Source: Eubacteriales bacterium (GTDB lineage: Bacteria; Bacillota; Clostridia; Lachnospirales; DSM-24629). From it: a DNA stretch of 30,433 nucleotides. Both the position numbers and the translations under genes were made by a program. Within the stretch, counting starts at the first letter, position 1, and every line of letters begins with the position of its first letter. Below the pieces are notes generated by a model. That model was given only the letters and a program-made list of their open reading frames with translations. It made no database searches and was not told the DNA's origin. This document shows, one piece after another, positions 19,188-28,657 of this stretch. Location: contig JBKGYG010000014.1 of the NCBI GenBank assembly GCA_046546235.1, positions 1-30,433 on the forward strand. The letters run 5' to 3'.

Positions 19188-20051
19188 ATGATAGAGCGAA
19201 TAGCTTCACCACGTCGCACAAAAGAAATATTAACAAAGTATAAATTTGTATTTCAAAAAAAGTATGGACAAAATTTCCTAATCGATTTACACGTTTTAAA
19301 TAAGATAATAAAATCAGCAAATATCCAGAAAGATGATATGGTTATAGAGATAGGGCCAGGGATAGGAAGCTTAACACAGGTGTTAGCTGAGCAAGCAAGA
19401 GAAGTTATAGCAATAGAAATAGATAAAATGCTAATTCCAATATTGCAAGATACATTATCAGATTATAATAATATTAAAATTATAAATGAAGATATTTTAA
19501 AAGTTGATTTAAAAAAAATAATTATGGATAGGAATAATGGTAAGTCAGTAAAGATAGTTGCAAATCTTCCATATTATATTACTACGCCTATTGTAATGGG
19601 TATTTTTGAGAACCATATACCAGTTGAGAGCATTACTGTAATGGTTCAAAAAGAAGTTGCGGAGCGTATGCAAGCAAAACCTAGGACTAAGGCTTATGGG
19701 GCATTAACCTTAGCAGTAAACTATTATTCAGAGCCATATATAGTTGCCTATGTCCCTCCTAATTGTTTTATGCCAAGGCCAAATATTGGATCTGCAGTTA
19801 TTAGCTTAACTAAACATAATAAATATGAAGAAGTGCAAAATGAAAAATTATTATTTAAAATTATACGAGCTTCTTTTAAACAAAGGAGAAAGACTTTATT
19901 AAATGGGATAACTAACCAATTAAACATAAATAAAGAAATGGTAATAGAAGCATTAGAAAATATGAACTTAGACCCTAATATTAGAGGCGAAGCATTGACA
20001 TTAAAAGAATTTAAACAATTAACAAATATTATAAATACGATTAGTTCTTAA
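19188..20051 (+). CDS. rsmA: 16S rRNA (adenine1518/1519-N6)-dimethyltransferase RsmA/KsgA
   Basis: GQNFL motif, IEIGPGIGSLT SAM site, NLPY motif. Confidence 0.9.
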   Translation: MIERIASPRRTKEILTKYKFVFQKKYGQNFLIDLHVLNKIIKSANIQKDDMVIEIGPGIGSLTQVLAEQAREVIAIEIDKMLIPILQDTLSDYNNIKIINEDILKVDLKKIIMDRNNGKSVKIVANLPYYITTPIVMGIFENHIPVESITVMVQKEVAERMQAKPRTKAYGALTLAVNYYSEPYIVAYVPPNCFMPRPNIGSAVISLTKHNKYEEVQNEKLLFKIIRASFKQRRKTLLNGITNQLNINKEMVIEALENMNLDPNIRGEALTLKEFKQLTNIINTISS

Positions 20052-20117
20052 AAAATAAAAATTAATAATAAAAATCTCTTTTTATACATATAAATATACT
20101 AAAAAGGGGTTTTGATT

Positions 20118-21365
20118 ATGGGAGAATTAAAATATCTAAGAAAATATATTGATTTAGATAGTTATCAACACAACATAAAGAAAGAAAGACAAGGTCAGGG
20201 AAAAGTAGAGGCAAGAGGAGATAAATGTAAAATATTTATCAATATTAATAATGTAAAATTAGAGAAAGAGGACGTTCTGAAGGCTTATTTGTTTAAATAT
20301 GACAAAGGGACAATGATAACAGTATTTTTAGGTACTTTAGAAATAAAACATAATATAGGTAAATTAAAGATAACTACGGATAGAAGTAATATAATGGATA
20401 GTGGCTTTTCCATTGATGACTTTGCTGGGATAGTTATTTTAAAAAAAGATTATATTACTCAAAAAATCAAAAAAGATCAAAATTATGGTGGGACTTGGGA
20501 TAAAAATATTAATATAAATATATATAAAGTTAAAGATTATAAAGATAAAAACATAATAGAAACAGAAGAAAAAACGACAAGTATAGGGACTAAACAAATA
20601 CAAAGAAAAGATAAAATTAATAACATAGAGGCGAACAAGAAAGATGATACAGAACGTGATATAATAGATGAAATAGAGGAAAAAAAATTAGAAAGAGAAG
20701 ATGCTGATAAGATAGAAGATGACAAAAATATAGAAAATGATATGGAAATAGATATAGATAATGAAGAAGAAATAAAAACTAATATAAAAACAGATGAAGA
20801 TAATAAAAATAATAAGAGAGCTGAAAAAAATCATGAAAGTAGTAAAGAGAAATTAAATGAGCGAGCAAATAATGCTAATAAAAGTGATATAGGATTTGAA
20901 CAATTTGGTATAGAAGAGGAATATTATAGTGCGTTTGAAGATGAAACACCCCCAGAGGAATTGTTTGAAAATCAATTAGATGAAAATCAACTAAAAGTTT
21001 TGCATTCAAAAATGTTTAAAGAATATCCAAAGATGGCTCCATTTGAAAAATATGAAGATGTTTTAGATTGTATTAGAATAGAACCTAAGGATATAGCTGC
21101 GCTTCCTATTGATGTTTGGATGATGATGAATAATACCTTTTTGTTAAATGGATATCATAAATACAAACATTTGATATTATTGAAAGTTGAAGATGATTGT
21201 AATAATGGGTATAAATACCTTTTAGGAGTTCCTGGAATATACCATAAAAAAGATAGATTTGTAGCATATTTATATGGATTTAGTAAATTTAGATGTTGTG
21301 CAGATACTTATCCAAAGGCTGGAGAGTATGGATATTGGACAGTGGATATTGGAAATAACATGTAA
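20118..21365 (+). CDS. Hypothetical protein with a highly charged D/E/K-rich central linker
   Basis: About 130-aa N and C domains flank an acidic, lysine-rich low-complexity region of ~170 aa. No family is recognisable by eye. Start set at ATG 20118 (RBS aaggggt). Confidence 0.5.
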   Translation: MGELKYLRKYIDLDSYQHNIKKERQGQGKVEARGDKCKIFININNVKLEKEDVLKAYLFKYDKGTMITVFLGTLEIKHNIGKLKITTDRSNIMDSGFSIDDFAGIVILKKDYITQKIKKDQNYGGTWDKNININIYKVKDYKDKNIIETEEKTTSIGTKQIQRKDKINNIEANKKDDTERDIIDEIEEKKLEREDADKIEDDKNIENDMEIDIDNEEEIKTNIKTDEDNKNNKRAEKNHESSKEKLNERANNANKSDIGFEQFGIEEEYYSAFEDETPPEELFENQLDENQLKVLHSKMFKEYPKMAPFEKYEDVLDCIRIEPKDIAALPIDVWMMMNNTFLLNGYHKYKHLILLKVEDDCNNGYKYLLGVPGIYHKKDRFVAYLYGFSKFRCCADTYPKAGEYGYWTVDIGNNM

Positions 21366-21466
21366 CATAAATTTAACATAATCTTCATACAATATACATA
21401 AGAGGGTGTTATTATATAATATATAAAATATCCCCCCTTTTATTTTAAAATAAATAATCAATGATA

Positions 21467-21499
21467 AGATCTGCCTATGGTAGATCTTTTTCATTTTTT
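21467..21499 (+). terminator. rho-independent terminator after the hypothetical gene
   Basis: Stem aagatctgcc/ggtagatctt followed by a T-run. Confidence 0.6.
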
Positions 21500-21777
21500 A
21501 GGAAAGTGGTTTTTTTAAGGATATAAAGAAGAAAATGTTATTAATCAAATTTTTTAACATCTCACCAAATTATTGATACAGATATCGAATAAAATACAGG
21601 AAGTATTTATTTGAATTCACAAGGGAATATACTTTGAAAAATTCTAAAAATCTAGTGAATTAAAACTGCAAAAGTTCACAGTTTATTCATTCTTTTTACA
21701 TACTTTAGCCACATAATATTTGTATACTAGTAATTGCAAGATACCTCTTACATTGAAATACTCTCCCCCTCATTCAA

Positions 21778-21811
21778 TAAAGCCTTGGTTATACCAAGGC
21801 TTTATTTTTTT
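21778..21811 (+). terminator. strong rho-independent terminator (plus-strand) with no annotated upstream gene
   Basis: Perfect 10-bp stem aaagccttgg/ccaaggcttt followed by T8; 280 nt downstream of the previous terminator, no ORF in between. Confidence 0.55.
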
Positions 21812-21860
21812 CGCAAAGCTCTATTTTCGGAGAATTAGAATTTAGAATATGTACTAATGT

Positions 21861-21909
21861 TTATAACAACAGTGCCTCAGCAAAGACGGCTGAGGCACTG
21901 TTGTTATAA
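21861..21909. repeat. 21-bp perfect inverted repeat (hairpin)
   Basis: ttataacaacagtgcctcagc / 7-nt loop / gctgaggcactgttgttataa; about 100 nt downstream of the rubrerythrin stop; no canonical U-tract on either strand. Confidence 0.6.
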
Positions 21910-22014
21910 AAAGGACGAGGGTAATTGCCACTACATATGGAAAGAAACAGTATTCAATTGGAATGTAAGGGTTATTCATTGTTGTGTAATAATATGTGTC
22001 ATGAATTAAAAAAA

Positions 22015-22620
22015 TTAGTAGGCTTCAATATTTAATTCAAAATATGATTGTGGGTGAGAACAGCTAGGACATACTTTAACAGCTTCTGTACCTTCATGTA
22101 TATAACCACATTTTGTGCATTTCCAGTATACTTTGTTAGGTTTTTCAAATACGGAATTATTCTCAATATTAGAAGCTAATTTCTTATATCTACTTTCATG
22201 ATGTTTTTCAACACTTGCAATAGCACGAAAAACATTTGCAATTTCTTTGAAGCCTTCTTCTTCTGCAACTTTAGCAAATTCGGGATATAAATCAGACCAT
22301 TCTTCATTTTCACCTTCTGAAGCAGCAAGAAGATTAAATTTTGTATCTCCAAGGGCAACAGGATATGTTGCTTCAATATCAATTGCTGTACCATTAATTT
22401 CTTCATCATTACTTAAAAATTTAAAGAAAGTTTTCGCATGTTGTTGCTCGTTTTCTGCTGTTTCTAAGAAAATATTATGTATTTGCACATAGCCTTCTTT
22501 CTTTGCAACATTTGCATACATTGTATAACGATTTCTAGCTTGAGATTCTCCAGCAAATGCCTTTAATAAATTTTCTGCGGTTTTAGTTCCTTTTAATGTT
22601 TTCAAAATATCGACCTCCAA
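22015..22620 (-). CDS. rbr: Rubrerythrin
   Basis: N-terminal ferritin-like diiron domain and C-terminal rubredoxin-like CxxC...CxxC (CTKCGY...CPSCSHP). Confidence 0.85.
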   Translation of the reverse strand: MEVDILKTLKGTKTAENLLKAFAGESQARNRYTMYANVAKKEGYVQIHNIFLETAENEQQHAKTFFKFLSNDEEINGTAIDIEATYPVALGDTKFNLLAASEGENEEWSDLYPEFAKVAEEEGFKEIANVFRAIASVEKHHESRYKKLASNIENNSVFEKPNKVYWKCTKCGYIHEGTEAVKVCPSCSHPQSYFELNIEAY

Positions 22621-22723
22621 TAAAATTTTATGTAAGTAAGAAGTTTAAAACATCGTTTCTTACTTTTCTATATTTTAACACATAATGCAACTGCAATCAA
22701 TAATTAATATCAATAAATAATAT

Positions 22724-23278
22724 TTATCCAGTAGTTTCATTAATAAGTGCCATACGAATGTGATCTTCCCACTTCCCATTTATTTTAATATATTTTTTAG
22801 AAAGACCTTCGTTTATAAAACCAAGTTTTTCAACTAAATTTAATGAAGCTTTATTAGTAGGCATTATATTAGCTTCGATTCGATGAAGTTTATAATTATT
22901 AAACATAATGTTAATACCTTCCTTGATTGCTTCACTCATATAACCTTTTTTAATTTCTTTAGAATCTAATTTATATCCTAACACACAAGATTGAAAACTA
23001 CCACGAATAATGTTATTAAATGAGATAGTTCCAATTGTTTTTGTGAAATCTATATCTTTGAATAACCATAATCTTAAACATTTATGAGCTAGTATTTCTC
23101 TATATTCAAAACTAAGAATTTTTTTATGATAAGATGCAGTATAAAAATATGGTGATTTAAGAGGTTCCCAAGGTCTTAAGAAAGCTTTATTTCTTGAATA
23201 AAAATCTAAAACAAGGCCAGAAGAGTTATGATCTAAGATTTTTAAAGTTAACCGTTTAGTTCTATATAGTTCTTTCAT
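22724..23278 (-). CDS. GNAT-family N-acetyltransferase (RimJ/RimL-like)
   Basis: Acetyl-CoA-binding GNAT fold pattern. Start set at ATG 23278, preceded by AAAGGAG. Confidence 0.65.
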   Translation of the reverse strand: MKELYRTKRLTLKILDHNSSGLVLDFYSRNKAFLRPWEPLKSPYFYTASYHKKILSFEYREILAHKCLRLWLFKDIDFTKTIGTISFNNIIRGSFQSCVLGYKLDSKEIKKGYMSEAIKEGINIMFNNYKLHRIEANIMPTNKASLNLVEKLGFINEGLSKKYIKINGKWEDHIRMALINETTG

Positions 23279-23303
23279 TATTGTTACTCCTTTAATTAGT
23301 GGT

Positions 23304-23999
23304 TTAATCAATACCTCTTAATGAAACATTCAGAATATAAGGCTTAAGTATATCAATATAATGATTAAGAGTTTCTTTTGAGTGACTTGAAAAACCAGGA
23401 ACTAACTGTTCTTTAGATGGTTGAAAGTTTTGCAAAAAATAAAATTTAGCGCCTTTAATCCATTTACCAATATCAATAATATCTTGTTCAGAGTGTAATT
23501 CTTTAACAATAGTTGTTCTAAATTCATAATGAACAGTGCTACTCATAATAAGGTCGATAGATTTATTTATACTCGATAGGTCAAAGTGTTTAAGGTTAAT
23601 AGTATTATTATATTTTTGTGGACTGTTTTTAATGTCCATAGCAATATAGTCTAAATATTTTTTATTATATAAAGTTGATAATATTTCAGGGTTTGATCCA
23701 TTTGTATCTAATTTAACTTTATAACCTAAGTTTTTAATGTCTTTTATAAGAGGTACTATATCTTTATGAAGAGTGGGTTCGCCTCCTGTGATACATATTC
23801 CCTCTAAGATTTCTTTGCGTTTACTTAAGAATTCAATTAAAGAATTATAAGATAGTGTTGAGCTGTTAGAGGGCATTTGTACTAAAGTTTTATTATGACA
23901 ATAAGGACAAGAAAAATTACAACCACCAATAAATAAAGTTGCTGCTAAATGTCCAGGAAAATCTAATAAAGTTGTTTTTACTAATCCACATAGTTTCAT
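23304..23999 (-). CDS. Radical-SAM glycyl-radical-enzyme activase family protein (NrdG-like)
   Basis: N-terminal CNFSCPYCHN radical-SAM cluster motif; GGEPTL motif; 231 aa; RBS aaggtga. Confidence 0.65.
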   Translation of the reverse strand: MKLCGLVKTTLLDFPGHLAATLFIGGCNFSCPYCHNKTLVQMPSNSSTLSYNSLIEFLSKRKEILEGICITGGEPTLHKDIVPLIKDIKNLGYKVKLDTNGSNPEILSTLYNKKYLDYIAMDIKNSPQKYNNTINLKHFDLSSINKSIDLIMSSTVHYEFRTTIVKELHSEQDIIDIGKWIKGAKFYFLQNFQPSKEQLVPGFSSHSKETLNHYIDILKPYILNVSLRGID

Positions 24000-24099
24000 T
24001 TTGTATCACCTTAGATATCATTATTTTCAAAAAAGAAAAACCTAGGTTAAAAAACCAAGGTTTGAAATTTAAGAAGTTGTACGACTTTAAGAAGCAATT

Positions 24100-24144
24100 C
24101 TTTTAAAATAACTTATGTTACAGCTTTGTTAGCTGTAACATAAG
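24100..24144 (-). terminator. terminator of the DivIVA-domain gene (minus strand)
   Basis: 14-bp perfect stem cttatgttacagct/agctgtaacataag, loop ttgtt, U-rich tail on the minus strand. Confidence 0.6.
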
Positions 24145-24153
24145 AAAGAAAAA

Positions 24154-24768
24154 TTAATCAATTGTAAATAAGTTAGAGTTAAATCCACCCATTCCCATGA
24201 ATGGAGAATCTTCTTCTTCATCAATTAAATCTGATTTTGAATCTTCTTCTGCTTTTGTTGAATCTGGTTCATCTGATTTGGTGTTCTCAGTTGATGCTTG
24301 AGTAGGTTCATTTTCATTTGAATCAACAGTTTCTTCGTCATTGGGCTTTGTAAGATTAGGTTTAGCTATAGGTTGTTCAGTTGACTCATCAACTCTTAAA
24401 GAGTTAGATAATTCATCAAGTTGATGGTATAACTTATTAATATCATCTTGATTGATATTAACAGTAAAACGTTCAATAAATTGATTGTAACTAGCTTGGA
24501 ATGTTTCGATTTTTTGTTTGATATAGCTTACCTTTCTTCTGATGCTATCTAACTGCAAGATAGCTTCTTTTTGTATTTGCCCCGCTTCGTCTTTTGCTGC
24601 TTTTACGATTTTTTTTGATGTTACCTGAGCGTCCATAATTGCATGGGAAATTGCTTGTTCTCTTTGTTTGAAATCATTAAGTTCTTGCTCAAGTTTACTA
24701 ATGTAATTATCAACTTCTTGTGGGTCATAACCTTTTTTTAAAACCGGAAATGTTTTAGGCATGCTCAT
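24154..24768 (-). CDS. DivIVA-domain protein
   Basis: N-terminal DivIVA motif (KKGYDPQEVDNYI), coiled-coil, acidic Ser/Thr/Glu-rich tail. Confidence 0.7.
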   Translation of the reverse strand: MSMPKTFPVLKKGYDPQEVDNYISKLEQELNDFKQREQAISHAIMDAQVTSKKIVKAAKDEAGQIQKEAILQLDSIRRKVSYIKQKIETFQASYNQFIERFTVNINQDDINKLYHQLDELSNSLRVDESTEQPIAKPNLTKPNDEETVDSNENEPTQASTENTKSDEPDSTKAEEDSKSDLIDEEEDSPFMGMGGFNSNLFTID

Positions 24769-24931
24769 CCCCCCTACCTATTTGATTTTTTCAATATAAG
24801 AAAGTATAATTATACAAATAGTAGATACCATATGTACACATACTATCTAATAGATAAAAATATTTTTTCTGATATATCTTTATGTTATCACTGATTTGAA
24901 AAAATTTCAATACAAAAATAGGAGATTCTTA

Positions 24932-25393
24932 ATGTTTACACATAATTTTTATATGAAAGAGGCAATTTTAGAAGCAAAAAAAGCATTTAATAATAAAGAA
25001 GTGCCTATAGGGTGTATTATTGTTTATGAAAATGAAATTATAGCAAGAGCATATAATATGAGAAATACTAAAAAAAACACTTTAGCACATGCGGAAATAA
25101 TAGCGATAAATCAAGCAACGAAATATATAGGTGATTGGAGACTTGATGACTGTCATATGTATATAACATTAGAACCTTGTCCTATGTGTGCAGGTGCAAT
25201 CATTCAAGCAAGAATACCAAAAGTGATTCTTGGAGCAAAGAATTATAAGTCAGGCAGTGGGGGAACAATCATTAATATATTACAGGAAAAAAGGTTTAAT
25301 CATCAAGTCGAACTAATAGAGGATGTATTAGAGTCAGATTGTAGTAACCTGTTGAGAACTTTCTTTAAAGAAATGAGAAAAAATAAAGGTTAG
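24932..25393 (+). CDS. tadA: tRNA-specific adenosine deaminase TadA
   Basis: CDA zinc motifs HAE and PCPMC. Start set at ATG 24932 (GGAG at 24921). Sits upstream of the scRNA and dnaX as in Bacillus. Confidence 0.85.
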   Translation: MFTHNFYMKEAILEAKKAFNNKEVPIGCIIVYENEIIARAYNMRNTKKNTLAHAEIIAINQATKYIGDWRLDDCHMYITLEPCPMCAGAIIQARIPKVILGAKNYKSGSGGTIINILQEKRFNHQVELIEDVLESDCSNLLRTFFKEMRKNKG

Positions 25394-25499
25394 ATTGCTC
25401 TCAATATTTATAAAATGTTACCAGTTGACATATACTATAAAAAGTAATATACTTAACGTTGCACAGCAAAAGTGCAAAAAAATTATAGTCAAAAAATAT

Positions 25500-25762
25500 C
25501 CGTGCAGCCGGAGAGTTAGCGGTGCTCTGTACCTGCAATCCGCTATAGCAGGGGTGATACCAATCTGAGGCTTTTTTCTTGTAGGGCTGCCCTTTATAAG
25601 TGGCGATGACGATCGGGTCTTACGCAACAGGAACTTGTGAATCGTGTCAGGTCCGGAAGGAAGCAGCACTAAGCAGGCCCTCCTGTGTGCCGTAAGGGTG
25701 CCTGGTCTGAGTTAACTGTAGAGGTAACGCTTATGAGAGGAAGTCGAAGTGCGGTGCACGGA
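25500..25762 (+). ncRNA. ffs: Signal recognition particle RNA, large Bacillus type with Alu domain (scRNA/ffs)
   Basis: Contains the conserved helix-8 sequence gtcaggtccggaaggaagcagc. 5' ccgtgca pairs with 3' tgcacgg. Segment gtagcggtgctctgtacctgcaatccgct matches B. subtilis scRNA. Sits immediately upstream of dnaX and is followed by a hairpin plus T7 terminator. Confidence 0.85.
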
Positions 25763-25892
25763 GTTTATTATAAAACTGGTTTAATGAAACTAGTTTTTTT
25801 TATTATAATATTTATTTGTATAATATTATGATGTATAATATAAAGATAAATAAGTTTATAAGAGGTTTTACAATAAGAAAGAAGTGTTAAGA

Positions 25893-27458
25893 ATGGCATA
25901 TACAGCATTATATAGAAAATGGCGCCCAAAAGGATTTCAGGATGTTATCGGTCAAGATCATATTGTGAAAACACTAACAAATCAAATAAAGGCTGATAGA
26001 ATTGGTCATGCTTATTTGTTTTGTGGAACAAGGGGTACTGGTAAAACATCTACTGCAAAAATATACGCTAAAGCAGTAAACTGTATGCAACCGATACAAG
26101 GAAGTCCTTGTAATCAGTGCGAGATTTGCGAAGGCATTAATAGCCAAAAATCTATGAATCTTATAGAGATAGATGCAGCTTCTAATAATGGTGTTGATAA
26201 TATTAGGGACATTAGGGATGAAGTAAGATATACCCCAACGGAAGGCAAATATAAAGTATATATTATAGATGAGGTACATATGCTTTCAATTGGGGCATTT
26301 AATGCTCTGTTAAAAACATTAGAAGAACCGCCAAAACATGTTATTTTTATTTTAGCAACAACGGAACCACATAAAATCCCAATTACTATTTTATCAAGAT
26401 GTCAGCGTTATGATTTTAAGAGAATACCATTAAAAATTATTGCTGGTCGATTAACTAAGTATATGGAAAAAGAAAGTATAGAAGTAGATGAAAAAGCTAT
26501 TTCATATATTTCTAAGGTAGCAGATGGGTCTATGAGAGATGCATTAAGTATTTTAGACCAGTGCATTTCCTTTTTTTTAGGAGAAAAACTAACTTTAAAT
26601 AAAGTTCTAGATATATTAGGCACAGTTGATATAAATGTTTTTATAAAATTAATCGAGGGAATAAAGAAACAATCAGTTGAAGAATGTTTAGAAATAGTTG
26701 ACAAATTATTAGTTATGGAAGGGAGAGACTTAGGCCAGTTTGTAAACGATTTTACATGGTTTTTGAGAAATGTTCTTATTGTAAAAACTGTTGATAATGC
26801 AGAATACATCCTTGACATAGCAGAAGAAAGCATTTTATTATTAAAGAAACATTCTAAAGAAATATCTATAGAAAATGTGATTAATTATATTAGAATTTTT
26901 TCTGACTTAGGAACTCAATTAAAGTACGCTTCGCAAAAAAGGGTTTTATTAGAGGTAGCTTTGATAAAACTTTGTGAGCCATCAATGGATGATCATATTG
27001 ATGGAATAATAAGTAGAGTAGAATCTATAGAAAAAAAATTAGAAAAAGGAGTAATTGCATCTCCACAACAAAATATAAGCAAACAAACGCAAAAAAAAAC
27101 TACAAATAAAATAATAAAAAAAAGACCTAAAGCTTTGACAGAAGATATGAAAAAATTACTCACTAAATGGACAAATATTATAAATGAAATGCCAGTTCAT
27201 ATGAAGCCCTATCTTAAAAAAACAAAGGTAGAGATTGAAGGTTCTACACTAACAGTAATATGTGAAGACGAGCTAACTAAGTATTATCTAGAGATGCCTG
27301 AAAGAAAGAAATTATTACTTGCAAATATCGAAGAGTCTCTAAATAAAGAAATCGAACTTCAAATAAAAGAAGAAGTAATATTTGAATATAATAAAGATAA
27401 TAATATTTATGATGAATTGCAAAAAAAAGTAAATTTTGATATAACATATATAGAGTAA
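25893..27458 (+). CDS. dnaX: DNA polymerase III subunits tau/gamma
   Basis: AAA+ Walker A GTRGTGKTS; zinc motif CNQCEICEGI; N-terminus MAYTALYRKWRP. Start set at ATG 25893. Confidence 0.9.
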   Translation: MAYTALYRKWRPKGFQDVIGQDHIVKTLTNQIKADRIGHAYLFCGTRGTGKTSTAKIYAKAVNCMQPIQGSPCNQCEICEGINSQKSMNLIEIDAASNNGVDNIRDIRDEVRYTPTEGKYKVYIIDEVHMLSIGAFNALLKTLEEPPKHVIFILATTEPHKIPITILSRCQRYDFKRIPLKIIAGRLTKYMEKESIEVDEKAISYISKVADGSMRDALSILDQCISFFLGEKLTLNKVLDILGTVDINVFIKLIEGIKKQSVEECLEIVDKLLVMEGRDLGQFVNDFTWFLRNVLIVKTVDNAEYILDIAEESILLLKKHSKEISIENVINYIRIFSDLGTQLKYASQKRVLLEVALIKLCEPSMDDHIDGIISRVESIEKKLEKGVIASPQQNISKQTQKKTTNKIIKKRPKALTEDMKKLLTKWTNIINEMPVHMKPYLKKTKVEIEGSTLTVICEDELTKYYLEMPERKKLLLANIEESLNKEIELQIKEEVIFEYNKDNNIYDELQKKVNFDITYIE

Positions 27459-27517
27459 AATATAATATTATATATAAAAGATTAAAAAGTAGAAAATAAT
27501 TAAAGGAGGATTATATA

Positions 27518-27871
27518 ATGGCAAGACGTGGAGGTTTACCAGGAGGCATGCCTGGTAATATGAATAATTTAATGAAACAAGCGCAAAAAATGCAGAAGCA
27601 AATGCAAGAAACGCAAGAAGAATTAGAAAATAAAAAGGTAGAAGCTACAGCAGGTGGTGGAGCAGTTACAGCTACTGTATCAGGTAAAAAAGAATTGATT
27701 TCAATTAAGTTAAATGAAGAAGTTGTAGATCCAGATGATATTGAAATGTTAGAAGATTTAATTTTAGCAGCAGTAAATGAAGCTATAAGAAAAGCTGACG
27801 AGATGGTTAATGCAGAAATGGGTAAGATAACAGGTGGTTTAGGACTACCAGGAGGAGGAATGCCCTTTTAA
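27518..27871 (+). CDS. ybaB: Nucleoid-associated protein YbaB/EbfC
   Basis: 117 aa; N-terminal MKQAQKMQ motif; Gly-rich termini; RBS aaaggagg. Confidence 0.9.
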   Translation: MARRGGLPGGMPGNMNNLMKQAQKMQKQMQETQEELENKKVEATAGGGAVTATVSGKKELISIKLNEEVVDPDDIEMLEDLILAAVNEAIRKADEMVNAEMGKITGGLGLPGGGMPF

Positions 27872-27926
27872 CAAAGAACAAAAGGGAACTATAGGGTAAT
27901 GACTTAGTGTAGAAAGGTGAAGAATT

Positions 27927-28526
27927 ATGGATTATTTTGGAGGCCCTATAACAAAACTTATAAATGAATTATCAAGATTACCTGGCATAGGTATAAAAAC
28001 AGCTCAGAGGCTTGCCTTTTATATAATTAATATGCCTGTTGAGCATGCAGAACAATTATCTAATGCGATAATAAAAGCTAAGGAAAAGATACATTATTGT
28101 GTTAGCTGTTATACATTGACAGATAAAGAAATTTGCCCTATATGTGATAGTCCTAAAAGGGATAAATCCCTCATTATGGTTGTAGAAGATCCAAGGGATA
28201 TGGTGGCATATGAAAAAACAAACCAATTTAAAGGCATGTATCATGTGTTGCATGGTGCTATTTCACCTATGCTTGGTATAGGGCCATCAGACTTAAAAAT
28301 AAAGGAGCTTATACAGAGATTAAATGATGATACAGTGCAAGAAATAATCCTTGCAACCAATTCCACCATAGAAGGTGAAGCAACTGCTATGTACATAAGT
28401 AAGTTGGTAAAATCATTAGGAGTTAAAGTAACAAGAATAGCCAACGGAGTACCTGTTGGTGGAGACTTAGAATATATAGATGAAGTAACCTTATCTAGGG
28501 CATTAGAGGGTAGGGTGGAGTTGTAA
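27927..28526 (+). CDS. recR: Recombination protein RecR
   Basis: HhH motif, C4 zinc finger CVSCYTL...CPICD, Toprim domain. Confidence 0.9.
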   Translation: MDYFGGPITKLINELSRLPGIGIKTAQRLAFYIINMPVEHAEQLSNAIIKAKEKIHYCVSCYTLTDKEICPICDSPKRDKSLIMVVEDPRDMVAYEKTNQFKGMYHVLHGAISPMLGIGPSDLKIKELIQRLNDDTVQEIILATNSTIEGEATAMYISKLVKSLGVKVTRIANGVPVGGDLEYIDEVTLSRALEGRVEL

Positions 28527-28588
28527 ATATAGGTTAGTTTTGTCCCTCCTAATTAATCTTCTATCAAAAAGCAAATTAGTTTTATCAT

Positions 28589-28639
28589 AAACATGCAGTT
28601 AAAGCATTCAAATGGCCTTTAACAGCATGTTTTTTTTTA
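28589..28639 (+). terminator. rho-independent terminator after recR
   Basis: About 16-bp stem aaacatgc-gttaaag... followed by T9. Confidence 0.7.
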
Positions 28640-28657
28640 CGCAAGTAATTAAAGTTT

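Noticed and set aside
21270-21494. 74-aa minus-strand ORF
   Set aside because: It reads antisense through the 3' end of the hypothetical gene and through its terminator hairpin. The G-run that looks like an RBS is internal to the frame.
25418-25669. 83-aa minus-strand ORF
   Set aside because: It lies entirely within the SRP RNA gene. The GC-rich structured RNA generates an artefactual open frame; there is no RBS.
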